A stretch of DNA of 64,000 nucleotides, from NCBI GenBank assembly GCA_964016885.1, contig OZ024757.1:21452001-21516000 (forward strand), written 5' to 3'. Positions 28,716-40,640 of this stretch are shown piece after piece. Both the position numbers and the translations under genes were made by a program. The notes beneath the pieces are model-generated. The model made no database searches and was not told the origin of the DNA. It saw only the letters and a list, made by a program, of their open reading frames with translations. The stretch comes from Eledone cirrhosa (taxonomy: Eukaryota). The first letter of the stretch is position 1. The number at the start of each line of letters is the position of its first letter.

Positions 28716-28889
28716 ATATAATAGAAAACGAAAAAATCAGTGATGCATCTGAACTCAATTTATTGTGTGTTACAATTGTTTCGCCGGCAGATAGCTTGAG
28801 ACGCGATCATTGTGTGGATCTGTCTGATTCTGGACACGCAGAGTGTTCAACCGGCATACCACCTATGGAAGCATCTTAGCTACCATCAG

Positions 28890-28960
<71 letters not shown>

Positions 28961-29097
28961 CATTGTCAGTTACAACGAGTGTCGCAGATGATTTGATCAA
29001 AATTAACAGCCTGCACATGAGATTAGTGTACAAGTGGCTGAACATTTCCACAGTCACATGTGCCTTTAGCATATGTGACTGTGGAAATGTTCAGCAT

Positions 29098-29263
29098 AAT
29101 TATCTCACATAATATAGAATCTATGAGATTTTAAAAGTATTTATTTCGAGAACAATACCTTAACATCAGTTTGAGTGAGTTGTGGGACATTTACAGCCAG
29201 TTTCAACAGAAAAAGGTAGAGAATTCTGGCCGGTTTTGGCCGGTTTGAACATTAAATGGTTAA
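29098..29263 (-). mobile_element. left end of the TTAA MITE (inverted)
   Basis: Reverse complement of 19004-19150. Confidence 0.75.
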
Positions 29264-29589
29264 CATGTTTTCTTATATAAAACTATGTTGGGAGATATCA
29301 ATCCAAAATGGTTGGTTTTGTTCAGAGAACCAGAGACAGTTTTTGGCAAAGGTTGGTATGAAAAGGTTTAAAGAAATTCTAGCAGATTCCCATCAAGCCA
29401 GCAGCAGTAGCAGTAGTAGTAGTAGTAGTAAAGTGTAAAATGACATTTGAATCAATAAACTGCTCACAACTGATTAAATGGTTTGTGGAGAAGACAAACC
29501 AAAAATAAAGAAAAATTCTTCTGTCTTAATTTCTTTATTTGATGAATTTTCAAGAAAGTCGAAACATTGTTTTATTTTTCTTCTTGGCA

Positions 29590-30146
29590 TTGGTGGTGTG
29601 TCAGTGGTGGTTGTGGTGTGTCAGTGGTGGTGGTGGTGGTGGTGTGTTAATGGTGGTGGTGGTGTGTCAGTGGTGGTGGTGGTGTGTCAGTGGTGGAGGT
29701 GGTATGTCAGTGGTGGTATTGGTGGTGGTGGTGGTGTGTCAGCGGTGGTGGTGGTATGTCAGTGATGGTATTGGTGTGTCAGTGGTGGTGGTGTGTCAGT
29801 GGTGGTGGTGTGTCAGTGGTGGTGGTATGTCAGTGGTGGTATGTCAGTGGTGGTGGTGTGTTAGTGGTGGTGGTATTGGTGGTGGTGTGTCAGTGGTGGT
29901 GGTGGTATGTCAGTGGTGGTGGTGGTGGTGTGTCAGTGGTGGTGGTATTGGTGGTGGTGTGTCAGTGGTGGTGGTGGTGGTATGTCAGTGGTGGTGGTGG
30001 TATGTCAGTGGTGGTGGTGGTGTGTCAGTGGTGGTGGTGGTATTGGTGGTGGTGTGTCAGTGGAGTGTTGGTCGTGTTGGTGTGTGAGTCAGTGGTGGTG
30101 GTATTAGTGGTGGTATTGGTGGTGGTATGTCAGTGGTGGTGGTATT
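29590..30146. repeat. (gtgtcagtggtggt)n compound repeat
   Basis: Read directly from the sequence. Confidence 0.9.
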
Positions 30147-30451
30147 AGTGGTTGTGTGTCAATCGTATGTTTGTGGTGGTCTTGTATCCTACGTTCTTTA
30201 AAGAGATTAAGGTGGGTTGAGGCAGACATAGCTGCTATTTCTAACAGCAGAAGTGACCCTATGTAGATCCCCTGTGTTCTTGCTATATAAGTGTGCAATA
30301 GTCAACAACACACTGCCACGTGCATCTACTTACAGGCTATTAACACACAGAAATGTTGTGTCAAGTATAATTCTCATGTACGGTAGAGTTGGTTGATGTG
30401 ACAGTCAAAACATTGGATCTCTGGCTGTTGTGAGTTCAAATCCTACCTAGG

Positions 30452-31228
30452 TCACTGGACCGAGATCTTTGGCGCTACGCAGTAATACAGAAAACCCGCC
30501 TTGCCTAAGTACAAAGCGAAACCTACAGTCAGTAGGCACCTCTTAACCAAATATACACCCCACTCCCCTATCCCCACCCCCCCTTTTCTCTGTAAAGTTA
30601 TGTTGGTACCACAACATCCAGTCCTAAATAAATGAGGTTGTGTAGGTGTCACGACACATAAACACACAGTCCACGCTGTAATGTGGCTGTGTTAGGTAAC
30701 ACGGTTAAAACCTCCCAGTCCACACTGTAAATGTGGTTGGTGTTAGGAAGGGCATCCAGCCGTAGAAAACCCGCCACACAGTCCACGCTGTAATGTGGCC
30801 CTGTAGGTAACACGGTTAAAACCTCCCAGTCCACACTGTAAACGTGGTTGGTGTTAGAAAGGGCATCCAGCCATAGAAAACCCGCCACACAGTCCACACT
30901 GTAATGTGGCCCTGTAGGTAACACGGTTAAAACCTCCCAGTCCACACTGTAAACGTGGTTGGTGTTAGGAAGGGCATCCAGCCGTAGAAAACCCGCCAGA
31001 CAGTCCACGCTGTAATGTGGCCGTGTAGGTAACACGGTTAAAACCTCCCAGTCCACACTGTAAACGTGGTTGGTGTTAGGAAGGGCATCCAGCCGTAGAA
31101 AACCTGCCAGACAGTCCTATATGAGCAAGACAACCAATCTTGCTTCACGTGGGACAATTCCCGTCTAAACCCATGCTAGCGTGGAAGATGGACGTTAAAC
31201 GATGATGACAATGATGATGATGATGATG
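30452..31228 (+). mobile_element. composite RTE LINE 3' end with an internal ~111-bp unit x4
   Basis: Colinear with 27998-28441. cagtccac at 30667, 30779, 30890 and 31001. Confidence 0.85.
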
Positions 31229-32759
31229 TTCTCTTTGCTTTTCATCTTTTTATGGTCAATTAAAGTATCAGTCCAGTGCTGGAGTAGCCCTCTCGCTGTC
31301 ACATCCTGGATAGATCAAGGGGTCAATGAAGTACCAGTTACGTACTGGTGTAGTCCTCTCTCCTTTCCAGCTGTCAGATCCTGGATATTCTCTTGGATCA
31401 ATGGAGCATCAACAAGGAATCTGCTGAGGTCAACTTCGCCTTTTATTCTTCTGGCTTAATAAAATAAAGTACCAGTAATGGACTGGAGCCGATTTAATCG
31501 ACTTTCCCCTCCCCCCCCAAAACTGTTGGTCTTCTGCCTAAATCAAACCATATTTAAGTTATTGTTTGGAACATTACTTAACAATGGTTCTTGCATAAAT
31601 CTATGATGGAAGGTTTTTTTTGTTTATAAATATAAAGATTATAAAATAAACAGGTTTGTATCACAGAATGAGAGGCAGTTTCAGGCAGCTGGGTAGCAAA
31701 ATGGTTAATAACCTTCCATCATAATTTTATGTAAGAACCTTTGTTAAGTTATGTTCCAAGCACCAAATTACTAATGAGCAAGTTAGTTATTTGACTAAAT
31801 CTCTCAAATTCTTGATTATTTTCAAAATTATTTGAAAATTATAGACAGTATTATCTTACATTAGAAATATGGTAATGAAAGGGTTAAAGTACTTATATTT
31901 ACCTAAACACCTTCCATCGTAATTTTATGAAAGAACCTTTGTTAAGTTATGTTCTAAACATCAGCTTAGTAATGATAAAGTCGGTTATTTAACTGAAGCC
32001 CCCAAATTCTTAATTATTTTCAAAATTATTTGAAAAGTCATAGGCAGTGTCTTTCATTAGAAATATGGTAATGAAAGGGTTAAACATTAAAATTGCTTTT
32101 TATCAGACCATCATAATAAAATTGGTTGGGGTGGTAGTGGTGATGGGGTGGTGACAATGATCAATAATGTAGAGAAATCAATTTATCATAATATAATGAA
32201 GTGATGATGTATGTATGTGACTGACAATCAGCTCCAATCTGAATATATTAATAAAATAGAATTAAGTTGCACTTCTTTAAATAATTATTAGGCAGACATT
32301 GACTAGGGATGGGATGGGGGCGAGTAAATAAATTTGCTTCGCAATCACATGGCTATAGGGCTGAAGAATTGTCTTCTAGCACAGCCTTCAGTTGACCAAT
32401 TCCATCATCATCATTATTATTGTTTAACATCTGTTTTCCTGCTAGTAATGGAATTTTCGTGGATGTAGATATTGGAATATGTAGAAGCCCATTGTGTGTG
32501 AGTGCGTGTGTGTGTATGCATTTATGTATGTATGTTCTGGTTTTATAATTTTATAAATTTTTACCAATAGAGAGAGAGCCAGTTTCTAACATAGACACAA
32601 GACTCTCTCATTGGAATTTAAACATCAACTAGGTAGATATGTATACATGTGTGCGTATGTGTGCAGTATGGATGCTATTGAATGTGTGAATGTGTATGTT
32701 TTGAATTATATGTGTGCATGTACACATGTTTTGCATATGTACATGTGTATATGCAGTAA

Positions 32760-32896
32760 TTAGATGCAGGATTTTGGGAATGTTTTACATATTTTTACTG
32801 TTCCATTAATGGATTGTACTTGTAATTTCCTAACTAGTTGTGTTCTTTCTGTTCCTGTGAAGCCCAACTTCTCAAGATTTGTACTGAGGCAGTTAT
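32760..32896 (-). mobile_element. C-terminal relic of an R4/Dong-like REL non-LTR retrotransposon
   Basis: NCLSTNLEKLGFTGTERTQLVRKLQVQSINGTVKICKTF resembles the terminal QxxxIxGTxKIxKTFL motif. Confidence 0.6.
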
Positions 32897-32959
32897 GTAT
32901 GTATGTACATAAACATGAATGTGTATGTATGTGTATGTATGTATTTGTGTGTGTATATA

Positions 32960-33670
32960 AATCCATATATGTATATGTGTGTACACATGCATATGTGATT
33001 GTATGTATTTGTGTGTGTATATAAATCCATATATGTATATGTGTGTACACATGCATATGTGATTGTATGTATGTATCGATGTGTATGCATGTACACTTGC
33101 ATGAATGTGTTTGTATGTGTATGTGTCTACACATGCATATATGTGTATGTGTACACACATGCATGTCTGTATATCTGTGTACACATGCATGTCTGTGTAT
33201 GTGTGTACACAGCATGTCTGTTTATGTGTATGTGTGTACACATGCATGTATGTATGTATACGTGTGTACACAAGTTTGTATGTATATGTGTGTACACATG
33301 CATGTCTGTTTATGTGTGTACACATGCATGCATGTATGTGTGTGTACACATGCATGTGTGTATGTGTGTATATGTGTGTACACATGCATGTTTGTGTTTA
33401 TATGTGTGTGAACACATGCATGTCTGTATGTGTATGTGTGTACACATGCATGTCTGTATATGTGTGTACACATGCATGTATGTATATGTGTACACATGCA
33501 TGTATGTATGTGTGTACACATGCATGTCTGTATGAGTATGTATATGTGTGTACACATGCATGTATGTGTATGTGTGTACACATGTATGTCTGTGTGAGTG
33601 TGTATGTGTGTGTACACATGCAAGTATGTATATGTATGTGTATCTGTGTACACATGCATGTCTGTGTGTG
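32960..33670. repeat. compound repeat built on palindromic gtgtacac-atgcat
   Basis: Read directly from the sequence. Confidence 0.85.
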
Positions 33671-34544
33671 TATAGTTCAGTCAACATTATGAGAAATGCT
33701 ATACCCCTGCTACAGTAGAGTTATTCACTCCATCTGATATTGGTTTTATCTTTATGTGGTGGCCAAATGGTAAAATTCCATTATACGGTGGTATGGGCTT
33801 TTCTGAGTGGGCGAAAGACTTCCGTTCAAAGTACTACCCTGCATTGAGTCCTTGAAGAACTAGTCACTCATTGAGATCAATAGCGTAAAACTAAATATCA
33901 TAGTTTAAGTAGTTTTGGTTTATAAGTCAAAAACACCTCTGCCAGGCTGGCACCAGTGATAATTTTTCTCGTAATGATTATGGAAAAACACAACCCCACA
34001 AAAAAAAACAAAAAACCAGAAACAAAATAAAAATAAAACCCGTCTTCGTTTTCTTTTGACAATCATTAACAATTTAGTCATAAGCAATTAAGCTGACTAG
34101 AACTGCACACTTCCAAACACTTGTATTTTCTTTAAATAACCACTCACACTGAAGGAGTCCAAGAAAAGTAGATATTTTTCTGCTCGTTGCTTAATGAGAC
34201 TTAGCTAACTCATCTTAATTATATTTAGTGAACTAGAAAGTTCATCATCATTATCATCATAGTCAATGATAGTGCATATAAGTTCCCTTAATGGAAACAA
34301 ATTTGGCAGGTGCTAATATATATGTCTGCTACCTGTTGGTATATATTATTGAAGTGTTTATATACTATAACTACAGCACCAGGTCAATCTATTCAGTGTT
34401 ACACTTTCTTAATTCTGTGTTTTCTCTGCATGACAAATTTATTAACTTTTCACAGCATTGAATGGTTTGTGACTGGCTCAAATAATTCTATTAGTATCTG
34501 CTGCCCTGTTGCAGCTATAACTTTGATGTATCCCTTATATAATA

Positions 34545-34900
34545 TTGAATGTAATGTTAATATAGGTGGAAAGCAAAGCATAGATGAGCTGAGAGAGAGG
34601 CTGTCTATAGAAGGAATTAGATGTAGTTTGCAGGAGAAACGAGTGCATTTGAATGGCTATTTGGTGATACATATGGATGATGAGTACTGGGTGAAGAAGG
34701 GCCAAGAAATCCCAGTGGAAGGGAACTATGGTAGAAGGAGACTAAGGAAAGCCAGGCAGAGGTTGTCAGAGCTGATCTCATGTCACTGAATTTCACAGAG
34801 GAGATGACGAAGGACTGAGATGAATTGAAAGATGCTGTACTGGAAAGGATCTGTCCAAACCAGGAAAGCATGGAAAAGCAGATGTAAAACAGTAATGATG
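34545..34900 (+). mobile_element. old RTE LINE 3' end
   Basis: SIDELRERLSIEGIRCSLQEKRVHLNGYLVIHMDDEYWVKKGQEIPVEGNYGRRRLRK. Diverged homolog of 44553-44880. Confidence 0.8.
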
Positions 34901-35351
34901 CATACATTCCACATAAAACAGTCTAATAACAAGACATACATTCCACATAAAACAGTCTAATAACAAGACATACATTCCACATAAAACAGTTTAATAACAA
35001 GACATACATTCCACATAAAACAGTTTAATAACAAGACATACATTCCACATAAAACAGTTTAATAACAAGACATACATTCCACATAAAACAGTCTAATAAC
35101 AAGACATACATTCCACATAAAACAGTCTAATAACAAGACATACATTCCACATAAAACAGTTTAATAACAAGACATACATTCCACATAAAACAGTCTAATA
35201 ACAAGACATACATTCCACATAAAACAGTTTAATAACAAGACATACATTCCACATAAAACAGTTTAATAACAAGACATACATTCCACATAAAACAGTTTAA
35301 TAACAAGACATACATTCCACATAAAACAGTTTAATAACAAGACATACATTC
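34900..35351. repeat. 34-bp minisatellite, ~13 copies
   Basis: Unit catacattccacataaaacagt(c/t)taataacaaga. Confidence 0.95.
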
Positions 35352-35799
35352 TGAATGGGAAAAGGGGCATCAGCATATGTTATGTATATAATTATCATCA
35401 GTATCATCATTGTACACCCATTTTTCCATGCTAGCATGGGTTAGACGAGTTGTCCCATTGTAAGACATGCCAGACTGCGTGACCATGTCTTGATTATATA
35501 GAACTGATTTTGGCTTAGTTTCTACAGCTTGATGCCCAAGGCCAACCACATTTACTGTTCAAGATTAAACAAACACACAGATGCAAAAACACAAATCCTT
35601 GTTCATGATTGAATAAAGGAACAGGAGGTAAATGAATGTCTCAATGTATCGGACATAAGTCCTTCTTCGTGAAATAGCAAAGATAGGAGAGAGAGAAAAT
35701 TGGAGTAACGCAAGTTGGATGGCCCGGCGTTGCTCGGGATTTGCTCTAGGGTTCTTATATATTTGATATATATTTATCCTTATCGAGCCTTATATATAT

Positions 35800-36212
35800 A
35801 TGCAAAGGTTATATTTAATTTGTTGGAATTCAACAAACTTAAAAGTTTTATAACTAATATAAAGCACTCAACAAATTAGTGGAGTAAATATTCATTATAT
35901 TAATAAATGGAAACTATATTTATAAAACCATAATTATTTCATTATATATATTTCAAGGGCAACCGAGGCAAATTTTGGTGCGCTTTCATCAGATAAAATA
36001 CAAAATTTGTTTTGTAAATGTTGACATACCCGCTGAAGAACAACCTATCCAGCGAACCTCCAACCGTCAAGGTTGTTCTTCTGCGGGTATGTCAACATTT
36101 ATAAAACAAATTTTGTATTTTATCTGATGAAAGCGCACCAACATTTTCCCTTGAAATATATATAATAAAATAATTATGGTTTTATAAATATAGTTTCCAT
36201 TTATTAATATAA

Positions 36213-36220
<8 letters not shown>
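35800..36220. mobile_element. palindromic Penelope-like terminal repeats (PLE-1) with two divergent hammerheads (35935-36000 minus; 36116-36172 plus)
   Basis: About 160-bp inverted arms around a 23-nt spacer (~36047-36069). Both arms have CTGATGA aagcgcacc...ccctt GAAA tatatATA. Confidence 0.8.
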
Positions 36221-36246
<26 letters not shown>

Positions 36247-36329
36247 TACGGCTCCCCCCCCCCCCCCCGGTTGAGCTAAATCCTTATAACCTGTCCACCT
36301 TGTGTGTATGATTATAATTGATTGGCAGC

Positions 36330-36434
36330 ATGCTAACTAAAGACTACCTACCTATATCACTCAAGAACATCCCAACCCCATCCAGGACTACTTATGAGAA
36401 ATTACTGATAGCTAGTGTCAACTCCTTCGTTATC
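36330..36434 (+). pseudogene. N-terminal fragment of a Penelope-like retroelement ORF
   Basis: MLTKDYLPISLKNIPTPSRTTYEKLLIASVNSF matches the SxKNIPxPS...Y...LI..V..F motif that precedes RMRWKA in PLE ORFs (recalled). Truncated. Confidence 0.7.
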
Positions 36435-36502
36435 GTCCCCTGCTTTTGCTCTTTACTCTTGAATGTTTGGTTGGTAGAGTCCATAACACCAATCAAACTC
36501 CT

Positions 36503-36560
36503 TTTATAGCTCTGACGAATCCTACGGTTACGTAAGGAAGAAACATTGTAAGCCAATAAA
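36503..36560 (+). ncRNA. minimal hammerhead ribozyme motif
   Basis: tttat-a-gct CTGACGA a-tcc-tacg-gtta-cgta-a-gga-a GAAAC att GTA agc-ca-ataaa. Confidence 0.7.
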
Positions 36561-36618
36561 AATCTTTTGATGTTGTAGACGCTCTTGTGTTCTTTATCAT
36601 ATATATATATATTTATAT

Positions 36619-36966
36619 GGAGGCACATGGCTTAGTGGTTAGAGCATTGGCCTTGCAATCGAAAGGTTGTGAGTTCAATTCTCAGACCGAGTGATGTGTT
36701 GTTTCCTTGAGCAAGACACTTTATTTCACATTGCTCCAGTTTACTCAGCTGTAGAAATGAGATGATAAGGACTGGGTTCCCTAACATTCCACTGCAAAGT
36801 GGTCGTGGAGGTGCCACGGCAAAAAAGCACCCAGCACTCACTGTAAATGAGGATGGTGTTAGGAAGGGCATCCAGCTGTAGAAATCAAGCCAGAATCAGT
36901 TCCCATCCCACCCTTGTAAGCAGGGAAAAGCAGACGTAAAATGATGATGATGATGATGATGATGAT
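36619..36966 (+). mobile_element. SINE family A, full length
   Basis: Matches family A. Confidence 0.92.
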
Positions 36967-37359
36967 AGATATGTGTGTATGTGTATATATATATATATTT
37001 ATATATATATTTCATCATCATCACTGTTTAATGTCTATTTCCCATACTTGCATGGGTTAGATGGGTTGTCAAGTTCTGAGGTTAGACATATTTTGTAGTT
37101 GGTAGGTAACCAGCTGTGAAAATACAGAAACCCCAGCCCCATGAGCAGGTTCATTCAACTCACCCCAGTATAAGGTGGGGGGTTTCAACTAAAGAAAGCA
37201 GCACATAATGTCTATCCAATGTGGGTTCTCTGCTTATTCAAATTCCTCAAGGGCTCTTCAATAAACCTGTCCCTCAACAAATCTGACAGGAACAGTAAGG
37301 AAACATAACTGGGTGTGGATTAATTTATACTAATCCATCTTCCTCACCAGAGGGGACTG

Positions 37360-37650
37360 TGTTGTTGTTGTTGTTGTTACTGGGGTTGTTGCTGTTGTTA
37401 TTGCTGCTGTTGTTGTTGTTGGCGTTGTTACTGGGTTTGCTGCTGTTGTTGCTGTTGTTATTGCTGCTGTTGTTGTTGTTACTGGGTTTGCTGCTGTTGT
37501 TGTTGGCGTTGTTGTTGGCGTTGTTGTTACTGGGTTTGCTGCTGTTGTTGCTGTTGTTATTGCTGCTGTTGTTGTTGTTGTTACTGGGTTTGCTGCTGCT
37601 GTTGCTGTTGCTGCTGCTGTTGTTGTTGGCATTGTTGTTGTTACTGGGTT

Positions 37651-37685
<35 letters not shown>

Positions 37686-38020
37686 CTATTGTTGTTGCTG
37701 CTGCTGTTGTTATTGCTGCTGCTGTTGCTGCTGCTGTTATTGCTGCTGCTGTTGCTGTTATTGTTGCTACTGTTATTGTTGTTATCGTTGCTGCTGTTAT
37801 TATTGCTGCTGTTGTTGTTGTTGTTATTGTTGCTGTTTTGTTGTAATTATTGCTGCTGTTGTTATTGCTGCTGCTGATGTTATTGCTGCTGCTGCTGCTG
37901 CTGTTATTATTGCTGCTGCTGCTGCTGCTGTTGTTGTTAGTGTTATTGGTGTTGTTGCTATTGGCATCACTGTTATTGGTGTTGATGTTGTTGTTGATGT
38001 TGATGTTACAGTTGTTAATA
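37360..38020. repeat. (TGT/TGC)n compound trinucleotide repeat with recurrent gttactgggtttgct
   Basis: Read directly. Reads as Thr/Ala-rich ANPVTTT repeats on the minus strand. Confidence 0.85.
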
Positions 38021-38440
38021 TTATTACACACACATTTCACAAGCAGGCTGTTCCACTGCTCTACCGCCCGTACACTCATCAATGGAACTGACAGCAGTCC
38101 AAAGCTTCCATGTTCTGAGTATACTGGGGCAACGTGAAATGAAGTGCTTTGCTCCAGAACACAACACACAACCCAGTCAAGGAGTTGAACCAACACCCTT
38201 ACCACTAGGCCACACACCACCCCACTATACAAACTTTACTGTCTGTAGAACTGCTGCTGTACAGTTACTACTTCTATATACTTCTATATACACTCAATTC
38301 TAGCTTCTGGTTTCACTGACTTCATATTCTATTGTACATCTGAATTACATATATCCCTGACTGATCTGATCTGTTGTTGAACTACAGCCGATATCTAGAG
38401 TAATCAATACACCACACACACATACATATATACATATATA

Positions 38441-38479
<39 letters not shown>

Positions 38480-38481
<2 letters not shown>

Positions 38482-38616
38482 TCCAGAATTAGCCGTCGAA
38501 ACGGCTTGAGCTCAGCTGTCGGGGTCTTACTGGTTCCTATTACCCACTCTACTACCTCAAGTATTGAGTACTTTGGTGCGTTATGGTCCACCTGGTTCCT
38601 TACCACATTTCCTTCG

Positions 38617-38649
<33 letters not shown>

Positions 38650-38866
38650 GGAGGAGTTGTGGTAAGGAACCAGATGGACCATAACGCATCAGAGTACTCA
38701 ATACTTAGGGTAGTGGAGTGGGTAATAGGAGAAAGTATGACCCCGACGGCAGAGCACAAGCCGTTTCGACGGGGCTATTTCTGGACAAAAGTAGTCCAGA
38801 AATACCCATTGAAACGGCTTGAGCTCTGCCATCGGGGTCATACTTTCTCCTATATATATATATCTA

Positions 38867-38934
<68 letters not shown>

Positions 38935-38993
38935 TAGATAGAGAGAGATAGATAGATACAGATATACAAAGATATAAATATATAGATACATAA

Positions 38994-39039
<46 letters not shown>

Positions 39040-39290
39040 TTATGTATCTATATATTTATATCTTTGTATATCTGTATCTCTCTCTCTCTCTCTATCTCTC
39101 TATCTCTCTCTCTATATATATATATATATATAAATATAGATATATATATATAGGAGAAAGTATGACCCCGATGGCAGAGCTCAAGCCGTTTCGACGGGTA
39201 TTTCTGGACTACTTTTGTTCAGAAATAGCCCCGTTGAAACGGCTTGAGCTCTACCGTCGGGGTCATACTTTCTCCTATTACCCTTTCTCC
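38480..39290. mobile_element. nested palindromic cluster of a third Penelope-like terminal repeat family (PLE-3)
   Basis: Inverted pairs 38495-38620/38650-38770, hairpins 38727-38853 and 39151-39278, and a ~290-bp-arm palindrome centred near 39015. Copies also at 54665-54818 and 59460-59535. Confidence 0.65.
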
Positions 39291-39293
39291 TAT

Positions 39294-39364
<71 letters not shown>

Positions 39365-39432
39365 GTTTATCTCACAAAATGGTCATAATCCATTAAATGC
39401 TATAATAATAATTCTTGTTTAATCTTTCATTT

Positions 39433-39478
<46 letters not shown>

Positions 39479-39596
39479 CAGACACACACACACTCAGTTC
39501 CAGTTTCTTCATGCCACTTCCTCTTGATAATATTTAAAGAGTCTTTTCATTACATTACATTCACTCCAGATTTGCTATAGCACACAACACACCATT

Positions 39597-39779
39597 ATAT
39601 ATACATGTACATATATGTATATATATATGTGTATATATATATATGTGTATATATATATGTATATATGTGTATAGATATATATATATATGTGTATATATAT
39701 GAATATGTATATATATATACATGTATATATATATATACACATGTATGTATATATATGTATATATATATATATACACATG

Positions 39780-39810
<31 letters not shown>

Positions 39811-39954
39811 GTACATATATATACATATATATATATACATGTACATATATATACATATATATACATGTACATATATATACATATATATATATACATGTAC
39901 ATATATAGATATATATTCATGTACACATATGTATACATGTATATATATATATAC

Positions 39955-39985
<31 letters not shown>

Positions 39986-40069
39986 CATACATATATATAT
40001 ACATATATATTTATATATACATACATATATATATACATATATATTTATATATACATATACATATATATT

Positions 40070-40117
<48 letters not shown>

Positions 40118-40183
40118 CATGTACATATATATTTATATATACATATATATATATAAATTAATAAAAACAATGAATTAAATAGA

Positions 40184-40260
<77 letters not shown>

Positions 40261-40340
40261 TAAATATATATATATATGTGAACATGTATATATATATATA
40301 TATATATATACATGTACACATATATATATATATACACACA
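39597..40340. repeat. (TA)n compound microsatellite
   Basis: Read directly from the sequence. Confidence 0.95.
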
Positions 40341-40640
40341 CATCTATTGATACCATTCAACACACTGGATGATGAACAACACAGGAGACAAAAGACTTAT
40401 AGAACTCTAAAGAACTGAGCTGTTGTAGAATGACTAGAATTTCTTTTGAAATCATTTACTGCTTTCATTTACTTACCTGGAAATTTACCTGTTATTTACC
40501 TGTAATTTAAGCTGTTAAACTTGTAATGTGTACAACAATGTGGGTTATTGAAGTATTTTTAAAGTATTCCTCTCAGACATAAGCAGACAGGCATACATGT
40601 GTGTGAATGTATGTATATCATGATTACGATATATTATATA

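Noticed and set aside
29535-29575. Additional hammerhead-like strings (here, ~47095-47140, ~53728-53752, ~28770)
   Set aside because: The core or stem I is broken, so they are not counted among the motifs.
34456-34530. IEWFVTGSNN resembling a WD40 (PLRG1-like) repeat after a good acceptor
   Set aside because: The similarity stops after 7 residues (no DxTIKIWD) and there is no good donor.
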